This document shows, one piece after another, positions 40,051 to 50,150 of a stretch of DNA of 64,000 nucleotides. The stretch is from Lama glama (Eukaryota), in the NCBI GenBank assembly GCA_028534125.1, contig CM052818.1, positions 29,266,001 to 29,330,000 on the forward strand, given 5' to 3'. The notes under the pieces are model-generated. The model searched no databases and was not told the DNA's origin. It was given only the letters and a program-made list of their open reading frames with translations. The stretch's first letter is position 1. Each line of letters begins with the position of its first letter. A program made the position numbers and the translations under genes.

Positions 40051-40441
40051 CCTATGTAAAATGATCGCTTCCACCCACAGGAATAGACCCTGCAGTAATG
40101 CTTCCTAATGCTTCTCACATGATGGCAAAGAGCCCATTTCACAGTTATTTTATTTGGCACACTGGGATAAAAGGGAGGGAATTTGAGGCCCCCATGTGAG
40201 TTTGATGGGAAAATAATTCATTAAAAATTTTTTACATTATACATTTTAAGAAAGATAAAATATGAAGTAGCAGGTATAATATAAAGTATTACGGCATTTT
40301 CCTAACCCTTCCTAATAAAATTTTTTTTTTTAAGTTTTAGTGAGAAGTTTGAGTATAGCTGCAATACTTTTTGTATTTTATCTTTTAAATAATCACTTGC
40401 AGTACCTGATCTAGATTTTTACCTTCATCTCTTAGATTCTT

Positions 40442-40570
40442 TATTTTTCTTTTTGGCAGCAGGGGGGTGTTAATTAGGTTTATTTATTTTTAGAGGAGGT
40501 ACCAGGAATTGAACCCAGGACCTTGTGCTTGCTAAGCATACACTCTACTGCTTGAGCTATATTCACCCAA
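40442..40570 (-). mobile_element. tRNA-derived SINE (camelid vic-1-like)
   Basis: Reverse complement has A box (atagctcaagcagtagag), B box (gggttcaattcc), a cctaatta tail and an A-rich end. Imperfect TSD cctt(c/g)atct(ct/gt)(t/c)agattctt at 40422-40441 and 40571-40590. Confidence 0.88.
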
Positions 40571-41199
40571 CCTTGATCTGTCAGATTCTTAACAGTCAAC
40601 TTCAGTGAAAAATTTGCATGAATAGATAGCTAGAAATGTTTAATTTTTCTAAAAATTATTCAGAAGCTTAAGACATTTAAACTTGTATTGAAAGACGCTT
40701 CCTTTTTCACACTGGCAAATGTAAAGTTGAAGTTTCTTGTCATGATCCAGTGGATTTAGAATCTAATTGATCCTTTTCACATCAGACTCCAATGTACAGA
40801 ATGCCCGTGTCCTGGTAGAGCAGTCACCACCTGTTCTTATACATGTATGAAACACAGAAACACCCAGCTTTCCAGAGATTTTTCCTGAGATAGGTTAAGC
40901 CATCCTAAAGTAGTGAATCCTTTATATGACCACACATACCAGGATTAAGAAATCAGGCTGGGGAAGAAAAGCCATTTTGATAAAAGGAAATCAAAGAATC
41001 AGACAATTTTTGACATAGTAGGGACCTCAGAGCTCACTGTACTGATGAAACAACAAAGTTACAGAGACACAGAGTCTTGTTCAAGGTCTTATATCTGGCT
41101 GTGGAAGAGCCAGAAATTAGGACCCCGGTAGGTATCCTAAGATTGCCAATGCTCTAAGGAAGGACAGGTGTAGTGTCTGTGATGTTGCTTTTCTTTTTT

Positions 41200-41500
41200 C
41201 CAGTGAAATTTAAGACCCATGCAATTCCAGTATTTCATCTTCTCCCCGGGGCTTCTACCCTACCCCACTCCCATCCCCGCAGCTAAGCAGAATCAACTGG
41301 TTCCTCCTTGTTCCCGAAACACTGAATTCTAGCTTCTCCTGGATTACTTACCTGGTTGTAATATGGTTAGTTGGGCTCCCATCAGCTTCTGAGCTAGCTG
41401 TGGGCTCAAACACTACAAGTTATTCATCTCCATATTCCCAGAATCAAGCACAATGCCTGGTAAAATAAGTATTTAATGCATGTTTATTGGATAAGTGAAA
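41200..41500 (+). mobile_element. L2 3' fragment
   Basis: ttattcatctccatattccccagaatcaagcacaatgcctgg...tgtttattggataagtgaa. Confidence 0.6.
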
Positions 41501-41599
41501 TAGCCTTCAACCTTTAAAATCTTAGTGGAGGCTGATTAGTGCCTATCCAGTTCTTCTACGCAGGAAAGTTCTATACAAATTATTTCCCCCTTTTCAACT

Positions 41600-42000
41600 G
41601 CCTTCCCTCTGCTACCTACCCACCAGCGGGAGTGGTGTGCACCTTGGTGAGCACCCCCGCCCCCGCCTTCTCCCAGGGTCCCACCTGATAGGAACTTCTT
41701 GGTCTCAAAGGGGCTGAAATGAATCCAGCCGGGCGTGTTTCCTAGTGGCTGCCCCTTGCTATTTGTGTAGGAAGGTCTCATTTTCCTTCTTGCTTTTGCT
41801 CTTTGGGCTTCCCCGGGTGGGAGAGGAAGGGCCTGTTTTCTCTTCCAAGAGCGGGACATTCCACCTGGGGCTCAGGAGCAACGTGACATCCTGTTGTATG
41901 TGCCTTAGGAGGCTCTGGGATTATTATAGCTCAGAATAACCTGTAGGGAACTATTTAAGCCACAAGGAAAGGAACCAGCCGGGATCACCCCTGTGGAGAG
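41600..42000. promoter_or_regulatory. Candidate GC-rich cis-regulatory element
   Basis: Local GC/CpG rise in unique sequence, tandem GC boxes ccccgcccccgcc (41655-41667), and GGGACATTCC (41853-41862; kB-like, overlapping a TEAD-type ACATTCC). Confidence 0.4.
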
Positions 42001-42199
42001 GAACAGGAGTTTGCTTAGGAAGAGCAGAAAAAGTTTTCACCGTTTAAGGACATTTGAGTCTGGGGATGGGCTGAAAAGTCAAGATGCCTAAACGCTGAAA
42101 GGGTACTTTTAAAAAAATCTTAGAAAGTAGGAGAACTTTCTTACTTTGGCCCATAATCCTCACAGAAGAAAGATTCCCTTTGCCTCTCTGGAGGCATCC

Positions 42200-42610
42200 C
42201 CTACTGCTCTTTCTACTGCAGTCACACTGGCCTAACGGTTCTAAAGTTCCCTGGACATCCCCACCTCAGCTTCTCTGTATTTCCTCTAAAACAGAGGAAT
42301 TCTTTTCACAAGATATCTGCAGGCCTTTCATGCCCTTACTTCACGGAGGCCTTTGCTCAAATATAATCCCAGGAGATGCCTTCCCTGATGTTCTGTGAAA
42401 TAGCCTCTCTCCATCCCCTTCCGTCTACCTTCAGAGTTTTTACTAACATGACATAATACTTGGTGTTACTGTCCCCTCACTAGAATGGAAGTTCCATGAA
42501 GACGGGAGTGTTGTTTATAAGATCACTGCTAGATCCGAGCCCTGCTATGCTGCCCAGCACAGAACAGTGTTCAGTAAATCTTTATTGAATGAAGGAAGGA
42601 AGGAAGGAAT
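42200..42610 (+). mobile_element. L2 3' end
   Basis: cactagaatggaagttccatgaagacgggag...gcccagcacagaacagtgttcagtaaatctttattgaatgaa followed by (ggaa)n. Confidence 0.8.
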
Positions 42611-43104
42611 GGGATGAGATATATACACTTGAGCCTGACATTCTGCTTCAGCCTCTGTGACCTGGGACTCATTAATGCTAAGTAACGAGGAGTCTGATAA
42701 AAGTCTTGCTCTAAGAGATTCTGCAGGAGAATCTCCTCTATACCCATTTTCCTCTCCTGTTGTAAACTGAGACGTGTATTTTCTTCCTAAGCAAGAGTAT
42801 GCAAGATGGTGGCAGATTCAGGCATGGTGGATGGGACTATGGGCTGGGAACTTGGCTGGTGCTCTGGGTATTTTTTGTTGTGGAATCCTGGGCCTTTCCT
42901 TAACCTCTCCAAGCCACAGTTCCTCATCTGTAATGTGGGGATGGAGTAAGGTTCTCATGAAAATTAGATGGCAGGCTTGACATAGAACAAGGGGTCAATA
43001 TGTAGTAGGCTTAATGTTTGGGAAAAGAGACCAGAAAGAGATGGCATAGAAAGGAACAGTGAATGCAGGTGTGGTGGAAATCACCTTTCTGGGAGTGAGG
43101 CCAA

Positions 43105-43404
43105 TAAGATCAATATGTAAAACACAATCGTATTTCTGTGCAGGAGCAATAAGTAAACTGAAATAGAAATTAAACAATTCCACTTACAGTAGCATCAAAA
43201 AGAATGAAATACATAGGAATTAATTTAACAAAGTAATGTACAGTTCATATTCTGTAAACTACATAAAACCGTTGAAAGAAATTAAAGAAGATTTAAATAA
43301 ATGAAAATATTTCCCATGTTCATGGTTTGGAAGACTTAATATCATTAAGATGGCATTGCTCTCCAAACTGATCTACAAATCAGTGCAATCCCTATCAAAA
43401 TCCA
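43105..43404 (+). mobile_element. Internal L1 ORF2 fragment lacking a 3' end
   Basis: aaatacataggaattaatttaacaaag...gaaagaaattaaagaagatttaaataaatg...tgcaatccctatcaaaatcc. Confidence 0.85.
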
Positions 43405-43858
43405 TCTGTGTCTCAAGATCCTGTTCAGGATAGGAGAGCAAATCTTCAGTTAAATTGGAGATTACCGCAGGTCATTGTGGCCAATTTTTCCAAGAGAGGA
43501 GCTAAGAAAATCTTAAATATAAGAGACTTTCTTAAAGGGGAATGATTTGAAAAATAGCTAAGCCTGTCCTCAAAGGTGTGGCTTCCCTGTTCTCTAATTA
43601 ATACATTTCCCCTTCCACTCCACCTAACCCGATCAGTTTGAACCGACAGAGCCCTTCCTGCCTTATATAAGGATACTTTGAGCCTGGTGCCTTCTGGATG
43701 CTGCCAGGTGAATGAAACAAAAGTATCACCAGGAGAGCCCTGTAACAAAAACAGGCTGGTTTGAGAGTTACAAGACCCGGCTTTAAATTCCTATATATGC
43801 AGTCTTGGCCAACTCAACTTCGTTAATCTTATTTCCCTCATTTATAAGAAAGGATCAT

Positions 43859-44018
43859 TCAGTGGTGCACTGGTAAATGTTTAACAATCAGCCCTCCACG
43901 CGCCTGTTTCTGTGGTGTCAATACTCTCACCATGGCCAATTTCCAGCCACCAGTGAGTCGGGAATAGATACGCACAATTAGCTCTCGTGAACTGGTAACA
44001 GCCAGTTCCAGCAACACC
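43859..44018. mobile_element. MER63-like hAT element inserted in a MIR
   Basis: cagtggtgcactggtaaatgtttaacaa...gccagttccagcaacacc. MIR halves lie on both sides. Confidence 0.65.
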
Positions 44019-44367
44019 TCTTAATACTTAGGTTACAGGGTTATGACGATTATATGTGAAATATATGGAAAATAATTAGGAGAGTGCTCTAGTAGACCAT
44101 CAATAAATAAGAACCCTATTGGATGAGGTGCTCAGAAAGGAGGCATTTATTTTGGGCCTACTTGGAGGGGTGAAGCTTAGGCTAGTTAAAAGAGGGAAAG
44201 CTGGTGCGTTGGGGAATGGAAATAGGAAAAGGAGAACGGAACTGAGCTCTTATCTCAGTGTCTATGCCTGGGAGGGTATTGTGGGTAGGAGCCTCCTGAA
44301 AGAAGTCCCATGATCTCTGGAGCCTAGGAGGCACCTTTTGCCCCCCAAACAGATGGCTGTTTACAGC

Positions 44368-44545
44368 AGCGGTTCTTAAACTATATCACACATCAGGATT
44401 TTCTGGAGGGCCTGTTAGATTGCTGGGCTGCAACCCCAGTGTGTCTGATCCACAGGTCTGGGGTGGAACTGAGAATTTGCATTTCTGACAAGTTGCCACG
44501 TGATGCCCATGCTCCTGTTTGGGGACCGCACTTGGAGAACACCTG
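44368..44545. mobile_element. MER5A-like element
   Basis: cagcggttcttaaact...gtctggggtggaactgagaatttgcatttctgacaagtt...gggaccgcacttggagaac. Confidence 0.85.
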
Positions 44546-44942
44546 AGTATGACAGTAAAGGCCAGAGGAGGGAGAGGTGGAGTTTTCTCTGTGTTGGCAG
44601 GCATCACTGCCTCCCTTTCTCCGGGGTTTAGAGCTCTGTGACCTCCCTCTTGCTACTCTTTGCTGCTGTGGCAAAGATGATTGATTATATTTGGAGAAAG
44701 TGAAGTGTGTATCGTGATCTCTGAAGGTAAGACAAAATGATTTATGTGAGTTCATTTGTTCTTTTCCTTAAACACTGATTATAAATTTGCTTTGGAGGGC
44801 AAGTTGTAGCCACAAAGGCATTGTTTTCTTTGCCATAAACAGCTTTCTGCCTAGTACTTCACTGGGGGACCACGGACTGGGGGAGGCAATTGGGAGAGAA
44901 TGGATCCTCATGAAGTGTGAGGGCCAGGGAACAGTCAGACCC

Positions 44943-45142
44943 TAGGGCTGAGCTGTCCACACTAGCCAAGGTGGCTATTTAAGTTTAACTGAAAGTAGAT
45001 AAAATCTGAAACTCAGTTCCTTGGTTGCACTAGCTACTTTTCAAGTCCTCAATATCCACATGTGGCTAGTGGCTATCACACAGGACACCTCAGATGTAGA
45101 ACCTTTCCATCATGGCAGGAAGTTCTATGGGATAGCACTTGT
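44943..45142. mobile_element. MER3-like hAT-Charlie element
   Basis: gctgtcca...aactcagttccttggttgcactagctacttttcaagt...cacatgtggctagtggcta...aagttctatgggatagc. Confidence 0.8.
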
Positions 45143-46251
45143 CCAGGAACTAATGAAGAGAAGGTAGAGGAAGCTTTGAGGGTGAGGGAAGCAGTGACAG
45201 CCCTCAAAAAGTGAGTTTCTGTCCCATCTGTACCAGGCTGGGGAGACTTTGGAGACATTTAACTACACTTCAGATAACGTGTAGAAACTACGGTGTTTTC
45301 AATTCAATGTCCAAAGGTGCAAGTAGTCCACAGGTGACTGGCCCAGCCCCTGCTTCCAGCTAAGTCATTTTTGCAATTAGGGCTTGAAAATCATGAATGG
45401 TAGTTGGGCTGAATGATTTGACTGCTTTTACCGTCAACATGTCATTTCCTGTATAGCATCTTGGTCCTCATGCTCAATGTCATGGCCTTGCTGGGAAGAA
45501 GGGTGTCCCAGGAAAAGCAGGTTGGGTGTTCCCAGACCGAGGGTACTACCCTATCCAGGAATTGCCTGCCTGTCAGCTCTGTGCGTCCGGATGGTGATGG
45601 AAGGGTTTCTGGCCTATTCCCACCGAGTCACCAGGGTCCAGCTACACTGATGGCAGGGCCTCCCTCCTCGGGGCCTGGGCTATGTCTCAGGATCCCTTTC
45701 TGGGTGGGAGAATAAACTCTCAAGTACACTTGAGATCATGTGAGTCAGTGTGGCCATTTTTCTCCAAGAGAGGATCCAAGAAAACCTTGAACATTTGAGA
45801 CATTTAAACTGTCTGAAATGACACTTAACCAGCTCATGCTGCTGAGGATATTTTGTCCCTGATCAATTTCCTTCTCTCCCATGCCTTCTGACACTGATTC
45901 TGACTCCAGAATCCCATGCCTTTTTTTCAGAAAGTTTAGATGACTTAGCAATTTACATATAATTTTTCTAGCGCAATCCTCCAAGACTTTTTGTTTCTGA
46001 TCCTCCATTTTAGCAATTTATTCCAGAAAATTACTTCAATGACTAGGCAAGAAGTAGGGTCTCCACATCCTGGAGATGTGGACAGTTTAAATGAAAGTGC
46101 ATCCAAGGGAGGCCTCAGGTTTGGAGGAAAGCATCTGGGAAGGGGAGAGGGAAGGAACCCAGATCAATTCTTCACTGTAGTAAAAGGATCATGTAGAAGA
46201 GTCGAGGTTTTAAAGTGTTAGTGGCACCAGGAAACGAATAATCATTGCTCA

Positions 46252-46760
46252 TGTTGATGAAAATAATCAATAAACAATTTTAATAGGAATAGAAAAGAGT
46301 TTTATTTGAGCCAAACTGAAGAATATAGGCTTGAAGACAGCCTGTCAGGTAACTAAGAGAAATTGCTTCGGAGGAGCATGGTTTTGGCACAGTTTTATAT
46401 CTTGTCAGACAAAGCATTAAACAAGTGAGGAATATATTCCGTCAAGGTTTCAAACAAGATAAAACAAATAAGCACATACACAGCAAGTCAATGTGGCCTT
46501 AGTACCAGGGAAGGGAGTCTTGTCATCATGGAAAGAAGTTCCAGCATTGCTGTCCCAGGAAGGGAGGCATTTAATCTTTACTTTTAATATGGACATTCTT
46601 TACTTCTGATCAATGCACCCTTTTCTTTAATAATTGAAGCAGTTGTACAATATATGTTTGATAGGCCATAAATGACCTATTCTAGTTAGCATAAAATTCA
46701 GGTTCACTTGTGTATAAGCCAGAATGACTTCCGCATACCTCAAAATGTGAAATTTTATCA
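46252..46760 (-). mobile_element. Solo ERV1-class LTR inserted into a MIR
   Basis: TG...CA termini (tgttgatg...ttttatca). Reverse strand has a TATA-like atataaaa and the poly(A) signal aataaa. Same family as 58122-58395. Confidence 0.75.
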
Positions 46761-46899
46761 TTTATCTGAACACAGTGAATCCTGGTTTATAAAGTTTATT
46801 AAAATATAATCTTATTTTGATCACATCTACACTCCTGTGAGTTCATAAGGACAGGTGTCATTGTCCCTATTTTACAGATAAGGCTCATTGTTCTAAGAG

Positions 46900-47156
46900 T
46901 AGCAGTTCTAAGATTAGGAATCCCACTGCATCCCAGGCCAATTAAATCAGCATTTCTGGAGATAGAGCCTTCAGGTTTTCAAGCTTCGCAAATAATTTCA
47001 ATACACAGCCAAGCAAACCTACTTCTTTAAAACAGTGCTTCTGAAAATTTAATACGCAGAGGAGTCATCTGGGGAATCTTGTTTGTGGGTCTGAGATTCT
47101 GCATTTCTAAAGCTCTCTTAGGAAATACAGCTAGTCTGAGGATCACACTTTGAGTG
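46900..47156. mobile_element. Two adjacent MER5-like fragments
   Basis: ccaattaaatcagcatttctgga and cagtgcttctgaaaatt...gattctgcatttctaa...gatcacactttgagt. Confidence 0.6.
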
Positions 47157-47448
47157 TACCTGGCTTCAGGGACATTTTTGGGGGAGAAATCGAAATTCTC
47201 ATGCAGGCTTCAGTGAATTCTTATGTAAGTCTGTGGGGGGAAGGAGAGTGCAGAGTACGTGGAGAAGCATCAGGATAATCAAAGTCCTATTCAATATTCT
47301 GTGTGGTTCACAACAAGAAAGCTTAGCATGTTCTAGTTATGCTCAGTCATCTGTAAAAAGAAAAATCTTTGTAAATGCCTTGGGAGATAACTCGTACTCC
47401 TCCAACAATACCTGTCCTACAGGCGCAAAGATGGGTGAAAGCTGGACA

Positions 47449-47960
47449 TGAAAGGGCGGGTAATCATTAGTTACATTCCTTTCACTTGTAACTGGCCTTT
47501 ACTAATCAAGGTTGTTTTAATTGTTGCCGCAAAAGACTTCCATGTCCTCCAAGTTGCAAGTAACCTAAACAATAAGATGTTTGAGTTGTTTTCCAAACTT
47601 GGCTTCAGCTGTGCCTAGTTCAGCTGAGCTGGTTAAGACAGGAAGGGACCACCAACCCTTCAACTGGGCATGCGCAAGTGTAAACCTGATGACGTTTTGA
47701 GCTTACAGAGGCTTGTAGTTTAGTTACGCCTGCGCAGAAGGATGATTACCGCCCCTTTTTTACATCACGCTCCCCACTCTCCCAACAACCCTGCTGCTTT
47801 TTTCCTTTTCTCAGGGCCTCTGCGTTCCGGGAGGCATGTTTGCGGTTTGTTCTCCAGGCTCCTCACTTGGCTGCCTTGCGAATAAGCCCTCTCTTTGCTG
47901 TGAATCTCAGCTTCTCAGCATTTTGGTTTGCGCTGAGTCAGGCAGCCTGGGTTGGTAACA
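47449..47960 (+). mobile_element. 5' LTR of an ERV1-class provirus
   Basis: Starts TGAAAGGG and ends ggtaaCA. Degenerate poly(A) signal aataag at 47881. It is followed 4 nt later by TGGCGAG (PBS-like) and a CpG-rich leader. Confidence 0.75.
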
Positions 47961-49200
47961 GATTTGGCGAGTGCAAGACCAAGAGGGGCGTCCAGACGGA
48001 ACGTTTGCCCGTGGCTCAGCCGCCCCTTGCAGGTACTGAGAGCCTGTGGACAAGCCGAGCAGCTGCCCGGTCCGTTTGTTCCAGAACCATCCCTGGATTC
48101 CCCCAGCGAGGNNNNNNNNNNNNNNNNNNNNNNNNNNNNNNNNNNNNNNNNNNNNNNNNNNNNNNNNNNNNNNNNNNNNNNNNNNNNNNNNNNNNNNNNN
48201 NNNNNNNNNNNNNNNNNNNNNNNNNNNNNNNNNNNNNNNNNNNNNNNNNNNNNNNNNNNNNNNNNNNNNNNNNNNNNNNNNNNNNNNNNNNNNNNNNNNN
48301 NNNNNNNNNNNNNNNNNNNNNNNNNNNNNNNNNNNNNNNNNNNNNNNNNNNNNNNNNNNNNNNNNNNNNNNNNNNNNNNNNNNNNNNNNNNNNNNNNNNN
48401 NNNNNNNNNNNNNNNNNNNNNNNNNNNNNNNNNNNNNNNNNNNNNNNNNNNNNNNNNNNNNNNNNNNNNNNNNNNNNNNNNNNNNNNNNNNNNNNNNNNN
48501 NNNNNNNNNNNNNNNNNNNNNNNNNNNNNNNNNNNNNNNNNNNNNNNNNNNNNNNNNNNNNNNNNNNNNNNNNNNNNNNNNNNNNNNNNNNNNNNNNNNN
48601 NNNNNNNNNNNATAGCCTTTAGACTCCAGAGCAATATGGTCTGAAAATGGAACCTTAAGTTACAATTTTGCAACTATATTTACTTTATAAAGTGAGAAGA
48701 AAAAGAAGGTGAAATACCTGTTTACAGTCTTGTATGTAACTGTATTAAAATAAACTTGTGCAAAGAAAATGTAAGACTCTGGTCCAACAGGAAGGAAAGG
48801 CAGAGAAACCTCTTCTGTTTGACTCTAATGAAAAAGACTTGCTGTTAGCTGAGCTGAACACTCTGAAGGCTCCTCCTCCCACCTTATATGATGGTGCTGC
48901 TGCTCCTTTGCTGCCAGTGCCAGTCAGTGCCTGAGCCTCAGGCTCAGCATCCCCCTCTCCACCTTCTCTCTGAGGATGGAGAGAGAGGAATGGTCTCACC
49001 CTCTCATACCTGCCAAGGAGCCACCCAAACTCAGGTAGGGCAATGTCCCTTGTCAAGTCCCCATTGAGGGTGTGAATGCTGAGATTGGGCAGCTGGTCGG
49101 ACTGATCTGGGTGCACTCCCCTTTTTCAACTGCAAATTTTTTTCATTGAAAGAACAATATGCCAACTTGGAGATGACCCAAAGAGAATGGAAAATCGTTT
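47961..49200 (+). pseudogene. gag: ERV1 leader and decayed gag (MA to start of CA), spanning the N gap
   Basis: Piecewise translation after the gap: WSENGTLSYN..LQL.L..K*EEK..EIP (matrix), APPPTLY, VSPSHTCQG, then WVHSPFSTANFFH*KNNMPTW..DPKRMENRF (gamma-like capsid N-terminus, W at 49108). Multiple stops and frameshifts. Confidence 0.8.
48112..48611. other. Assembly gap, exactly 500 N
   Basis: Direct reading. The round size suggests a placeholder scaffold gap. Confidence 0.99.
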
Positions 49201-49280
49201 TTCTTTATTCACTTTAAAAATTTTTATTTTCACACAATTTTTAAAGGTTAGTTTCCATTTAGTTATTACTAAGTATTGGG

Positions 49281-50150
49281 CTGTATCCAGCAAGGCTCTC
49301 ATTCAGATTTGAGGGAGAAATCAAAAGCTTCACAGATAAACAAAAGCTAAAAGAATTCAGCACCATCAAACCAGCTTTACAACAAAAGTTAAAGGAACTT
49401 CTCTAGTCATCAAACCATAAGAAAAGAGAACAAAAAGAAGAAAGAAAAAAAAAAAGACCTACAAAAGATTGCTCTGGCAGTTTGGGGTCTTTTGTGGTTC
49501 CATATAAATTTTGGAATTGTTTGTTCTAGGTCTGTGAAGAATATTGTGAGTACTTTGATGGGGGTTGCATTGGATCTGTGGATTGCTTTGAGTAGTATAG
49601 CCATTTTGATAATGTTGATTGTTACAATCCAAGAGCACAGAGTATCTTTCCATTTCTTTGTGTCGTGTTCAGTTTCCTTCATTGGTGTTTTCAGCATATA
49701 GGTAACCTCTTTTGTAAGTTTGTTTGTGGGTGTATTCTTCTTTTTGATGCAATGGAATTGTTTATGCCAGTTATAAAATTCTGGTGTTTGAAATGGAAAA
49801 AAAAAGTGAAGTGCTACAAATGGCAGAATATCCTTCTTTCTTATGGGGGAATTGTGTTCCATTGCATATATGTGCTGCATCTTTATCCATTCATTTATTG
49901 ATATACACGTATGATGCTTCCATGTCTTGGCAATTATAAATAGTGTTGCTATTAATAGCAGGGTGTATGTTCTTTTTGAATTAATTCTTATTTTGTGGTT
50001 GGCTTTATTCCTTTGATAACTATGTAAGTTTAAAAAGCTAAAGCTGTAAATGTTCTTAGAAACAATGAACAGTACACATATGTAAAGTTTAAAAAATACG
50101 TGCAGTATATTGTGTATATGTATGTACATGCAATACATTGTATAAAAAAT
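49281..50150. mobile_element. Scrambled L1 fragment mosaic inside the L1 3' UTR
   Basis: Plus-strand ORF1 C-terminus LYPARLSFRFEGEIKSFTDKQKLKEFSTIKPALQQKLKELL* (49281-49406), an inter-ORF piece, then minus-strand ORF2 pieces at about 49468-49768 and 49812-49985. Confidence 0.85.

Noticed and set aside
43661..43672. CArG box (ccttatataagg palindrome)
   Set aside because: It has eight A/T bases between CC and GG, not the canonical CC(A/T)6GG.
47840..48673. Long ORFs of 189-260 aa in the ORF track
   Set aside because: Artefacts of reading through the 500-N gap.
49410..50138. 242-aa minus-strand ORF
   Set aside because: Chance in-frame fusion of rearranged L1 ORF2 fragments and low-complexity sequence. 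Not a gene.
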